A DNA stretch of 64,000 nt from an uncultured Candidatus Saccharibacteria bacterium (lineage in GTDB: Bacteria > Patescibacteriota > Saccharimonadia > Saccharimonadales > JAUPVS01): the NCBI GenBank assembly GCA_964627095.1, contig CAZVKH010000001.1, positions 86,337 through 150,336 of the forward strand, in the 5' to 3' direction. The notes under the pieces are model-generated. The model saw only the letters and a program-made list of their open reading frames with translations. It searched no databases and was not told the DNA's origin. Positions 37,735 through 46,411 of this stretch are shown one piece after another (the first letter of the stretch is position 1; every line of letters begins with the position of its first letter). The position numbers and the translations under genes are program-made.

Positions 37735-39597
37735 TTAGTTTGTGCAGCCAGAGGTTGGCAGCGCGTTAATATCAGGGATATTGCCTTCGACAATGCCTAC
37801 GAAAAATGTTTGAGGACAATGGCCCGTACCATTAACTTTAATACCCACATGCAAGTGTGGACCAGATGAGTTGCCGGTGCTGGCGGAGTGCATAATTAGC
37901 TGGCCGGGCTTGACGACATCGCCGACGCTGGCGCCAGGAACCGAGCCACCATCTGAGCCGTGGCAGTAAACAAAACTAATTCCGTTTCCGGCATCGATGG
38001 AAACTCCAAGCCCGCACTTCCCGCCGTTAGGAGCACTGGTTATTTTGCCGCCCGACATCGAGTAAACTGGCGTACCAGTTGGTACTGGGATGTCCGAAGC
38101 TGGGTAGTCATGATGGGGTTTGGTGAACCACTGCTTGTGTTCGTCATACCACTTGCGGTCTAAAGGCAGAGCAAATTCGCCCGGAGCGGTTCCACTCGGT
38201 GCGCAAGCGGCGGTGGTGCCACCCGTAGAACCGGTGCTTCCACCATATTTTGCGAGAGCGTCGTTGGCATATTGGTTTCGCAAATTCCAACCTTTACTGC
38301 CCGGGTTCTGTGAGTCCCCAGAAATCTCATACCTTTTATTGAAAAGGATGGTAGCCTCTTCGGCGGTTTTGGTGGCTCGCATAGCATCACCAATAGCCTG
38401 CCTTGGGCCACCCACGCTAAGCTGGTATACGAGGTAGCTTAGCTGCCCTTGCAGACTACCGGGATCACCCCCATTAGCTGTTACCCAGGCGGCCATCTCA
38501 TCAAGTTGTCTTCCTCCAGTCCAGGCTACCAACCCGTAACCCTTGCCCGTTCCGTCCGGTCCATGGGTTTCGTTACTGGCAAGAAATTCAGCGATAGGTC
38601 GGGAGTTTTGAGCCGTTCTACCCTGTTCGATCTGGGGTTCAACACCAGATTCACGAACAAAGTTACCAACAAAACCGGCCGCCTGTTCAGGTGTATAACC
38701 GGCACTAACCATGTAATGGAAGGCCTTTTCGGCGTTTTCCGAGCCAACCAGCTCGCTATTGGCATTGGCTTTGCAGGCACAATCACCGCCCGCCGTGGCA
38801 ACAGTCGCCGCGTTAGCATTTACGGCTGTCGAGCCGGTCGAGTTATCCGAAACAGCACCAACCACCTGGGTAACAAGTTGGTTTACACCGGCCGGTATCG
38901 ATGGGTGGGTGGCATCTTCCAGAATTTTGAGTGGGTTATTGGTACCGTCACCATCTGGGTCAACTGTTTTTGCCCACGGGATTACCTTGATCTTATTTGC
39001 AGTTTCGGCGGCCGACAGCTTGGTGTTAAATTCTGGTACTTGCTTATTGCCGGGTGGCCCGTTGGCAACATTCACCCACCAGATCGGCGCCGATTTATTG
39101 TAGTCGTCTTGGCGAATTGTGTTGATAATTTCATCAATTGGGTTATTGGCTTCTGTTCCATTTGTGCCAAGGGCGATTATGATGCCATCAGCCGCATTAA
39201 TGGCGGCTTTATCGGCCGCCGCCGCTTCTTTACCGGTACCTTCTGTGCCATGGGTGCCTTGGGCTGGGTTGCCAGCCTTTGTCCAGGCTCGACCTGATAC
39301 GGCGCTAATTGTACTGTTTATGCCTTTGGCTGTGAGTTGCTGTTCGTAGGCCGAGACAGAACGAACTGTAATTGAGTCGCCGAGTATGTAGACTTTTGAA
39401 CCACTTTTTAATGGCCCACCAGCCGTGGCTGTTTTAACGCCTTGGCAAGCCGCTGCGGCTGCCGCGTCATAATACGGGGTTCCGGTAATGAAGGATTGTA
39501 TGGTTGACTCGGAATAGGCGGAAGCCTGCGCTGTTACTAAAGCGCAAATTACCAGCACCGAAGCCAACAATTTTAACGAGTGCTTGATAATACGCAT
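37735..39597 (-). CDS. secreted three-domain cell-wall hydrolase: SGNH/GDSL esterase + phage-tail-lysozyme-like domain + M23 metallopeptidase
   Basis: The signal peptide ends in QASA-YS. The SGNH blocks are VYILGDSIT, IIIALGTNG and EDATHP. The central domain reads FHYMVSAGYTPEQAAGFVGNFVRESG..GYGLVAWTGGRQ..QLSYLVYQL (phage tail lysozyme type). The C-terminal M23 domain reads PVYSMSGGKI..GDVVKPGQLIMHSASTGNSSGPHLHVGI. Confidence 0.75.
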   Translation of the reverse strand: MRIIKHSLKLLASVLVICALVTAQASAYSESTIQSFITGTPYYDAAAAAACQGVKTATAGGPLKSGSKVYILGDSITVRSVSAYEQQLTAKGINSTISAVSGRAWTKAGNPAQGTHGTEGTGKEAAAADKAAINAADGIIIALGTNGTEANNPIDEIINTIRQDDYNKSAPIWWVNVANGPPGNKQVPEFNTKLSAAETANKIKVIPWAKTVDPDGDGTNNPLKILEDATHPSIPAGVNQLVTQVVGAVSDNSTGSTAVNANAATVATAGGDCACKANANSELVGSENAEKAFHYMVSAGYTPEQAAGFVGNFVRESGVEPQIEQGRTAQNSRPIAEFLASNETHGPDGTGKGYGLVAWTGGRQLDEMAAWVTANGGDPGSLQGQLSYLVYQLSVGGPRQAIGDAMRATKTAEEATILFNKRYEISGDSQNPGSKGWNLRNQYANDALAKYGGSTGSTGGTTAACAPSGTAPGEFALPLDRKWYDEHKQWFTKPHHDYPASDIPVPTGTPVYSMSGGKITSAPNGGKCGLGVSIDAGNGISFVYCHGSDGGSVPGASVGDVVKPGQLIMHSASTGNSSGPHLHVGIKVNGTGHCPQTFFVGIVEGNIPDINALPTSGCTN

Positions 39598-39599
39598 AA

Positions 39600-42587
39600 C
39601 TACTTACCGTCCCTCGACCAGTGCCATGGCTCAGCGGGGAGGTTTATATAACCAAAACCAGCAGCGTTGGCAGCCATCCACTTAAAGCATGGGCTGCTCC
39701 GACTCGAGATTATTGTTTTGCCACAAAGAAAGTCGTTGGCAAAACCCATTTGGTGATTTGAGTAGCCGGGTCGAGCGGTTTGTGGGCTACAACTTTTTGC
39801 TGGCGAGTTATAGATGTCCGGGCAGTGGTTGGCTATACGCGTGGAAACCTGCTGATCCATAGTTCGGAAACCACCACCACCGCCCAGTTCAACGCCAGCG
39901 GCCTTAGCAGCGTTGAGCATGTTATTAAAGTTATTGGCGTACTGCGAGTTAACCACCGAACCCTGAACTTTACACAACCTAATCTTGAACAACTTGCCGT
40001 TTTCGTAGCCATCGCCAACCCCGGCGTCTTCACCTACCGGGCAGGTTTGGCTAGAGGTGTCGCCAGCAATGATCTCGGTGGTTATGGTGCCCGCCGAAGC
40101 CGCGCTGGCATCAGCTGGCCCAGCTTTTGGTGTCAGATCCTCCTCGAGCATGGTCACTACATACGGATCGAGGCCTTTGTAGATGCGGTATCGGAAAGCC
40201 TTTTCGGTCGATAGTTTTTCGGCCGTGCAGCCACCCGGCACCTCGGTTACCTTTTTGGGGGTAAAACAGGACTCGACGGCGTTACCAAGGGCATCGTCCA
40301 GTTCTTTTTGAACCTTTTCTATACCACCCTGAGCAATTATCCAGGCCTCATTTTCTTCTAGCGAGTAGCTTGAGTCGGTATTAAGCTTATTAAGTTCTGC
40401 GCGTGAAAAGCCCCATTGTGGAACGCCGTGATGGTCTACGGGGGTAGCCGCCTGCGCCAGTTTAGGCGAACCAAGCAAGCGCGAGGGGTTTAGTATGCTA
40501 CCAACCGAACCGAACCAAGAGCCGACTTTCTGGCTGGCACTATTCACACTAGCCGGTGTGCTGCCAGCAGCCATGGAAACTAGCGAGTATGGGTTGCTGG
40601 TGGCAAAGTAACGTTCTGACCAAGGGCGACTTTGATTCTGCTCTAAAAGTGCCAACTGGGCATCTTCGTCGGTTTCCTGAATCTCTTGTTCGGTTAACGG
40701 GCGAGCCCGGAAACCCTGCCGCATGTTTTCTTTCTCAAGTGAATCGGCTCCAACAGTAGATTTAGAATAGAGGTTGGCACCCTCCTCGGTCCCAGAATAA
40801 GAGATGCCGCCGAGTAACTGAACCGAATAATCGAGGGCGAGTTGAACAATTGTAAAACCGGCTATCTGGACGGCCCCCTCTTTACTGACTATTCCACGAG
40901 CAGCTTGGCCAAAACCTTGCAACACCTTTGTGCCAAAGGTTCTAATTGCTGTTTGTTCGGCGGCTTCACCAGCGACAGCCGTCGAACCACCACTGGCTAC
41001 CGCCAACACGGCCTGACCAATAATTTCAGTACCAGCAATAGCTACCTGACCGGCTGGGTGCAACATAAAGCCACAGAATTTTTTATCAATTTCGTCACCT
41101 AAAGGAGTTGCCCCAGCCCCCGGTACCAGGCTCGAAGGACTGGTGACAAGATTTACAATATCAACTACTGTGGGGTCTATACTTGGCGACACCGAGGGTA
41201 CGTTGTAGTCGTCGGGCTCAGGATAGTCGGTGCGTCCATTCATTTGGCGTTGATATTCGGGTGAGGCGTCGGCTCCATCCCAGCGCCGGCCATCGGCTGC
41301 AACCACCTCCGCGGTCGACTCACCTCTTTTTATCTGGTCTCCCCCAGTCATGGCTTCGTGGGCCAGTCGCTGCGAGTTCTCCTGGTTTATTTCGGTTGCC
41401 TCATCAAGTTTTGTGGCTGCTTGATTAACCATGCAGGCCAGGGTTGAAGCAAGAACAACTGTAGATACGGTTGAGGTCGCCTTTGCGAGCTGGGCATCGC
41501 CAGCCGCCTTATTGACCGATTGAGTCACAATATCACCGGTTGCCCCCTCATCAATCGACTTAACGATGTTTTCGCGCGATTTCTTAATTGTATCTTCGGT
41601 AGTAGGGTCGGTAGCGCCAACCGAATCGGGCGCCGTATTATTAAACGATTGTTTGCGGTTTTCGGCATAGGCTTCTTTGGGGGTCTTCCCAAGAAACTCG
41701 CGGCCGCGTTGTGCCCAGCGAGTCATCTTAATGCCCGAAGTCTGGCGGATACCATCATAGACGCTGCTACGGACGTAACGCTTATCAATCCTCAGGGTAT
41801 TTTCCACCCCATACTTAACTTCACCAACAAACTCGGACTTAATCGTCATTCTTTCCCGAACCTTAAGCTTATTCTTTAATGAATTAGCATCAGCCCAACT
41901 TTCGAAGCCGTTACGCTTAGCAATTTCATCTAGGGATATGGTTTCACCATCGATGGTTACCCCTTTAAACTCATTAACACCGCGACCCGTCCAAGTTTTA
42001 CCTTTGTCCATATCAAGTTTAAGCTTATTTTCTGTGCCCAGGGCCTTTAGCTGTTTTTCGGGGTTAATGCGGCGCAGGCGCTCAGTTAATGTTCGCTTTT
42101 CTAGTACGGCCGAACCCTCGCCCTGTACAACAGCTGCGTCAAACAGGTTCTGTGAGGCGCGCTGACGTAATACTACCTGGAGACGAGCAAAGCCAGCCGT
42201 ACTTAGAGCTTGACCAAAGTGAACCGGTTTTAGACTGGCCAAGAAGACCAGCACAACAATTGCAATAATAAATACTCCGCCGCCACCAGCGCCGGCCGCT
42301 AGAACTTTCTTATTTCGCAAAAAACTAACTTTACCCGAAAAGGCCTTACTGCCACCGCCCGGGCCACCCGTAAACAAACTAGGGCCCTCGTTAGCTGGCT
42401 CTTGGGTGCCCTTTTGCTCATTGGCTTTTAGTTGCTGGGCATCGATCGCTGCCGTTTTCTTGTTTTCGTAAGGGCTTCTAGCGGCCTGAACCTCCATCTC
42501 TTTAGGGGTCTGGCCATCAGCGTCCGATATCGGCCTACGCTTAAGAGTGTCTGGCGAGCCGGTGTCTTGATCGTCGTAAACAGCCAT
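39600..42587 (-). CDS. 995-aa membrane protein with a C-terminal VanY/M15-type D-Ala-D-Ala (LD/DD) carboxypeptidase domain
   Basis: It has a disordered, charged N-terminus, a Gly-rich TM (VLAAGAGGGGVFIIAIVVLVFLASL) and a long central region with further hydrophobic stretches. The C-terminal motifs GGFRTMDQQ, PGYSNHQMGFANDF and EPWHW match the SxHxxGxAxD / EPWH signature of peptidase M15B. Confidence 0.7.
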   Translation of the reverse strand: MAVYDDQDTGSPDTLKRRPISDADGQTPKEMEVQAARSPYENKKTAAIDAQQLKANEQKGTQEPANEGPSLFTGGPGGGSKAFSGKVSFLRNKKVLAAGAGGGGVFIIAIVVLVFLASLKPVHFGQALSTAGFARLQVVLRQRASQNLFDAAVVQGEGSAVLEKRTLTERLRRINPEKQLKALGTENKLKLDMDKGKTWTGRGVNEFKGVTIDGETISLDEIAKRNGFESWADANSLKNKLKVRERMTIKSEFVGEVKYGVENTLRIDKRYVRSSVYDGIRQTSGIKMTRWAQRGREFLGKTPKEAYAENRKQSFNNTAPDSVGATDPTTEDTIKKSRENIVKSIDEGATGDIVTQSVNKAAGDAQLAKATSTVSTVVLASTLACMVNQAATKLDEATEINQENSQRLAHEAMTGGDQIKRGESTAEVVAADGRRWDGADASPEYQRQMNGRTDYPEPDDYNVPSVSPSIDPTVVDIVNLVTSPSSLVPGAGATPLGDEIDKKFCGFMLHPAGQVAIAGTEIIGQAVLAVASGGSTAVAGEAAEQTAIRTFGTKVLQGFGQAARGIVSKEGAVQIAGFTIVQLALDYSVQLLGGISYSGTEEGANLYSKSTVGADSLEKENMRQGFRARPLTEQEIQETDEDAQLALLEQNQSRPWSERYFATSNPYSLVSMAAGSTPASVNSASQKVGSWFGSVGSILNPSRLLGSPKLAQAATPVDHHGVPQWGFSRAELNKLNTDSSYSLEENEAWIIAQGGIEKVQKELDDALGNAVESCFTPKKVTEVPGGCTAEKLSTEKAFRYRIYKGLDPYVVTMLEEDLTPKAGPADASAASAGTITTEIIAGDTSSQTCPVGEDAGVGDGYENGKLFKIRLCKVQGSVVNSQYANNFNNMLNAAKAAGVELGGGGGFRTMDQQVSTRIANHCPDIYNSPAKSCSPQTARPGYSNHQMGFANDFLCGKTIISSRSSPCFKWMAANAAGFGYINLPAEPWHWSRDGK

Positions 42588-42600
42588 AGTTTGTGTTTAA

Positions 42601-44529
42601 TTATACTCCTGGGTATAAGCGGTTGGATAGGTCAATTGTGCCCGCTGGTTGTGAAAAATCACCTTGAGTGGGGTTTGCGATAGCCTGAACCTGTTCGGGG
42701 TTGGTAGTAATTAAGCCGGTTTCGGTAGGGCTGGCGACAATCTGGATGTGTACATGGTTTTGACCAGCAAAGAACAAACCCTGGCCGACTGGGAACTGGC
42801 TTAAGCGTTTCCGTTCTTCGGTGGTAAGCTTGAATACGTCTGTTAGCACATCAACCGCCGAAGACGATTGCTTGAGCAGGATCTGCATTGAGGCATTGGC
42901 AACAATTGCTCGGCCCATACGTGAGCCCATAAAGTCTTCGACATCCTGCGTAATAGTTGTGATACCTAGGTTATATTTGCGGGCGCGTTTGGCTAAGCTA
43001 AATAAGAAGTTGGCCGAGTCTTCATACTTCATAAGTTGCCAGGCTTCGTCCACTACTAAAATTCGTTTCTTTTGGTCGGCCTTAGTCTTATTCCAAATAT
43101 AGTTCAAGACAATATACATGGCCACCGGTCTTAGCTCGTCTTCAAGATCGCGAACGTTGAATACCACCAACGGGTTGTTAATATCAATGTTAGACTGTTG
43201 CGAAAAGATTCCGGCAAAAGTACCACTAGTATATTTGCGCAGGCGTTGCGCAAGTTGCGGACCAGTTCCACCCATATGCAATAAGGTGTCGTAGAGATCG
43301 TTAATCGTGGGGGCGGTGGCATTATGGGTTAAAGGATCGTTGGTGATCCCGGCTTTGGCGTATGTTTCGATGAGGGCAGCGTCAAGGTCGGCTTCTTCGA
43401 CCGGGCTTAAGGCTGGAGCCATCATTGAATTACCAACCGATTGAATTTGCGCCTGGGCGCCACCCATCATTAGTCGTAGTAAGCCATGCAAGGTAATTAA
43501 GTTGCTACGCAAGGCGTTATCGGCTTCTTCGGTATCAACCACCCGAGGTAGGTCGAATGGATTAATGCGTGTCGACGAGTTGAGACTAAGTCGAACATAG
43601 GCACCGCCAACGGCTTCGCACATACGCTGGTATTCATTCTCGGGGTCGATGATAAATACTTCGGTGCCAAACATCATGCTGCGCAAGGCCTCAAGCTTTA
43701 CGGTAAACGACTTACCGGCACCGGACTTAGCAAAGACCACGGCGTTGCCATTTTCTAGGCTAAAGCGGTCAAAAATAACTAAACCAGAGTTATGCATGTT
43801 AATCCCGTACAAAATGCCATTATCCTGGCTCAGGTCGGCTGACGTGAACGGAAAGCTAGTACTTAGAGCGCCGGTGCTCATATTGCGTCTAATCTGTAGC
43901 TGGTCGGTAAACTGCGGCACCGTACTATTTAGGCCGTGTTCCTGCTGTGATGATGCTGGCTTAGAGTAAACAAGCTGTTGCCCCAGGATCGACTCCACTT
44001 TGTGTGACACGAATTCTAGCTCATCAGTACTGTTGGCGTAGATTGTAAAATATAAACCAAAACGGAAGAAGCGCTCTTCGCCAACCTGCAACTTATCACG
44101 CATATCCTCGGCATCAATAATGGCGGCTTGTTTACCAGGGTCACGCACCCGACCCTTTTCGGAGTCGATCTGAATACCAGCCTCAAGTTGACTGACCTTC
44201 TTGCGCAGGTTTTCTAGAACTACTTGGCTTTCCACCGGGTAGATATACATCGACAGGTCGATGACTTCGTCAAGATTCACCATACTGCTTAGCCAGCCAG
44301 TATAGAGTTGGCGTGGATAGCCAAAAACGTAGTAGGTACGTGCAAAGCGAGTCCCCAGGCTAAAGAAGTTTGGCTTGAATTCTAATGAACTGGGCGCAAT
44401 AAAGTCGCGCAGAGCGGTAATACCCTTGCGAAAGGCGACTTCGACCTCCTGTTGTTCACGAATTTGCTGGGTCTGAGCCTGGATAACCGGGTCGGCCGGA
44501 GCGACGTCTTTTTTCTTTCCAAAAGCCAT
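42601..44529 (-). CDS. virB4: VirB4/TrbE/PrgJ-type type IV secretion ATPase (C-terminal two-thirds of a monoderm-type VirB4)
   Basis: Walker A is FAKSGAGKSFT and Walker B is ILVVDEAWQL. The upstream region DFIAPSSLEF..RTYYVFGYPRQLYTGWLSSM..DLSMYIYP is typical of monoderm VirB4 homologues. The ATG overlaps the upstream stop (TAATG). Confidence 0.85.
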   Translation of the reverse strand: MAFGKKKDVAPADPVIQAQTQQIREQQEVEVAFRKGITALRDFIAPSSLEFKPNFFSLGTRFARTYYVFGYPRQLYTGWLSSMVNLDEVIDLSMYIYPVESQVVLENLRKKVSQLEAGIQIDSEKGRVRDPGKQAAIIDAEDMRDKLQVGEERFFRFGLYFTIYANSTDELEFVSHKVESILGQQLVYSKPASSQQEHGLNSTVPQFTDQLQIRRNMSTGALSTSFPFTSADLSQDNGILYGINMHNSGLVIFDRFSLENGNAVVFAKSGAGKSFTVKLEALRSMMFGTEVFIIDPENEYQRMCEAVGGAYVRLSLNSSTRINPFDLPRVVDTEEADNALRSNLITLHGLLRLMMGGAQAQIQSVGNSMMAPALSPVEEADLDAALIETYAKAGITNDPLTHNATAPTINDLYDTLLHMGGTGPQLAQRLRKYTSGTFAGIFSQQSNIDINNPLVVFNVRDLEDELRPVAMYIVLNYIWNKTKADQKKRILVVDEAWQLMKYEDSANFLFSLAKRARKYNLGITTITQDVEDFMGSRMGRAIVANASMQILLKQSSSAVDVLTDVFKLTTEERKRLSQFPVGQGLFFAGQNHVHIQIVASPTETGLITTNPEQVQAIANPTQGDFSQPAGTIDLSNRLYPGV

Positions 44530-45428
44530 TACTGCAAATCCCTTTCTAAATGTGGTTGCGGTGCTTGCCCCTGCCCTTTGGTTACAACCGGCGCTTGGAG
44601 GTCGTCAAAGTTCTTGAGTTGCTGCCTGGTAGCGGTGTCTGGGTTGTAGGTGTCGTAGTAGAGTTCGATTAGTTCTTGGGTATCAAGTGGTAGGCCTTGC
44701 ACGCTACATTGCATCAGTCCGGCCAAGGTGGCCTGGACGCGGTTTCTGAGCTCGGTTTTGGCTTGCTCAAGTACCGATTCGTTAATTGTTACATGCTTCT
44801 CTTTTTTGCTGAACAGATCACCCAGACCAGTGAAAAAGTTTTTACTGTTCGTTATGGCTTTTTGGACATCAGCTACTGGGAAGTATGGGATTACTACGTA
44901 AAATTTTTTATCCATAATATTAGTCTGAACCGACAGATTGGATATAAATGTAACGTAATCTTCCATCAGCATGGCTAAAAGCATGTTGTCGTGTTCGGTG
45001 CGGATTTTATCAAGCCGAGCAATGTACGGTTCCAGGTCGACCTTTTGCGACCTGATAAATATCTGAATTGGAAAGTAGAGTGAGTTTAGGAAGGCCTGAT
45101 AGCCTGACTCAACGGCTTCTTGTTCGTTAAGGCTCATTAGATCAAAGTTAATTGACTTGAGCATAATAACCGAACGGAATGAACCGTCATTCATAATTAC
45201 GATGCCGTCACGAATTTCGGCAATCTGCAAGGTGTTCTGGGTGCTGTTTGGGTTACTCTTGGCGACGGCTAGAGGTGGTCCTAACGGGTTGGTTGGCGCT
45301 TGGTAGCCAGGCGCTCTGGGTGGCATGGTACCGACCTGGGGCATGCCAGCCGGTTGTTGGTATGGTGGTATGCCAGGATTTAAGCCCGGTGTCATACTTG
45401 GTTGATTATTCTGTAGTGATGGATCCAT
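44529..45428 (-). CDS. protein resembling the N-terminal domain of monoderm VirB4 ATPases, with a Pro/Gln-rich N-terminus
   Basis: After a roughly 60-aa P/Q/G-rich segment the sequence reads IAEIRDGIVIMNDGSFRSVIMLKSINFDLMSLNEQEAVESGYQAFLNSLYFPIQIFIRSQ. This matches my recollection of the start of Tn916-ORF16/TcpF-type VirB4 proteins (..dGi....y.k...f.dINY.l....e......f..fLN......Q...). A 1-nt overlap couples it to virB4. Confidence 0.5.
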   Translation of the reverse strand: MDPSLQNNQPSMTPGLNPGIPPYQQPAGMPQVGTMPPRAPGYQAPTNPLGPPLAVAKSNPNSTQNTLQIAEIRDGIVIMNDGSFRSVIMLKSINFDLMSLNEQEAVESGYQAFLNSLYFPIQIFIRSQKVDLEPYIARLDKIRTEHDNMLLAMLMEDYVTFISNLSVQTNIMDKKFYVVIPYFPVADVQKAITNSKNFFTGLGDLFSKKEKHVTINESVLEQAKTELRNRVQATLAGLMQCSVQGLPLDTQELIELYYDTYNPDTATRQQLKNFDDLQAPVVTKGQGQAPQPHLERDLQ

Positions 45429-45455
45429 ATATTTAGCCCGCCCCCTGGATTGAAA

Positions 45456-46355
45456 TTATCGGAGTGAAATGACTACTTCGTCATTATCCGAAAGCTCCGC
45501 TTTGTTAGCTTGGCGAGCAATCGTCGCAACCGATAAATCATCATTGTGTGCAAGCTCTAGTATAGCAGGGTTGGGGGCTGGCTTCATAGGGGTTGGGGGC
45601 ACTTGTTGTGGACTAGTCGCCAGAGTAGCAGCCGGCATGGCTGCTGGCGCTTGAACTTGTGCCACAGGCAACGCTGGTGCGGCCGCGGTCTGGTCTTGCA
45701 TGGTTCTAATCTTTTGCATGTGGTCCAGAACGGCATTGCGGTGTGCATCGTCGTTAGCCTGAACCAATTGAGCCATTTGAGCAGCCACCGGGTTATTGCG
45801 TGTATCAAGAATATCGTCATTAGAATTTACGCTGACATCCGCCACCGGCATACCTTGCATGCTGCCGGGTGTTATTAAGCGGTCGGACGCTTGGTCAATG
45901 TAAGTCGGGTTGCTGTACAGGTTTACATCAACACCCTTAATTACCCAGCCCCGCGTATCAATGGTCTGGGCAAGGGCTTGCAGGCGGCTCCTAACCTGGG
46001 TTTCGTCCAGGTTGTCGGTGCGGATTTGCTCAATTTTTTTGGGTGCTGTAACGGTTACAAGTTCGCGTATCCCAGTCTGATCCCAAATTCGGGTGCGTGG
46101 TTTCAGGAAGAATCTAATCTTGGCTAGTAGCCAAATCTCGGAACTTTGATCGTGGCCAAATGGAGCGGCCAGTATCCCAAACAAAAGCATCGGGAATAGT
46201 AAGGGGATAATCAAGAATGGCTGAACAGTAAATAAACGAAAGCTAATATAACCCAGCACAGCCACAATAATGGCATAAATAAACTGACGCAAACTCAATG
46301 GCCCGATCAGCTTATCCTCGGCTTCAATATCCTGTAAAACTCTGTAAGTAGCCAT
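45456..46355 (-). CDS. PrgI-family (VirB3-like) small T4SS membrane protein with a long Ala/Pro/Gln-rich C-terminal extension
   Basis: The N-terminal VLQDIEAEDKLIGPLSLRQFIYAIIVAVLGYISF plus a second TM is the PrgI-family hairpin. It sits immediately upstream of VirB4, as in enterococcal and clostridial systems. Confidence 0.65.
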   Translation of the reverse strand: MATYRVLQDIEAEDKLIGPLSLRQFIYAIIVAVLGYISFRLFTVQPFLIIPLLFPMLLFGILAAPFGHDQSSEIWLLAKIRFFLKPRTRIWDQTGIRELVTVTAPKKIEQIRTDNLDETQVRSRLQALAQTIDTRGWVIKGVDVNLYSNPTYIDQASDRLITPGSMQGMPVADVSVNSNDDILDTRNNPVAAQMAQLVQANDDAHRNAVLDHMQKIRTMQDQTAAAPALPVAQVQAPAAMPAATLATSPQQVPPTPMKPAPNPAILELAHNDDLSVATIARQANKAELSDNDEVVISLR

Positions 46356-46411
46356 TACCTAAATAGTAGATAGTTATGCGTCATTAGTAAAGAGCTCTCA
46401 AGCCAAGCGAC

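Noticed and set aside
38449-39297. Long antisense or alternative-frame ORFs nested inside well-supported genes. Examples are the 282-aa ORF at 38449-39297, the 231-aa ORF at 5688-6383, the 169-aa ORF at 47637-48146, the 171-aa ORF at 19130-19645, the 154-aa ORF at 14506-14970 and the 152-aa ORF at 21782-22240.
   Set aside because: Each lies wholly within a gene on the other strand or frame that has clear family motifs. Their translations are low-complexity (Ser/Arg/Leu/Pro-rich) with no recognisable motif. I treat them as shadow ORFs.
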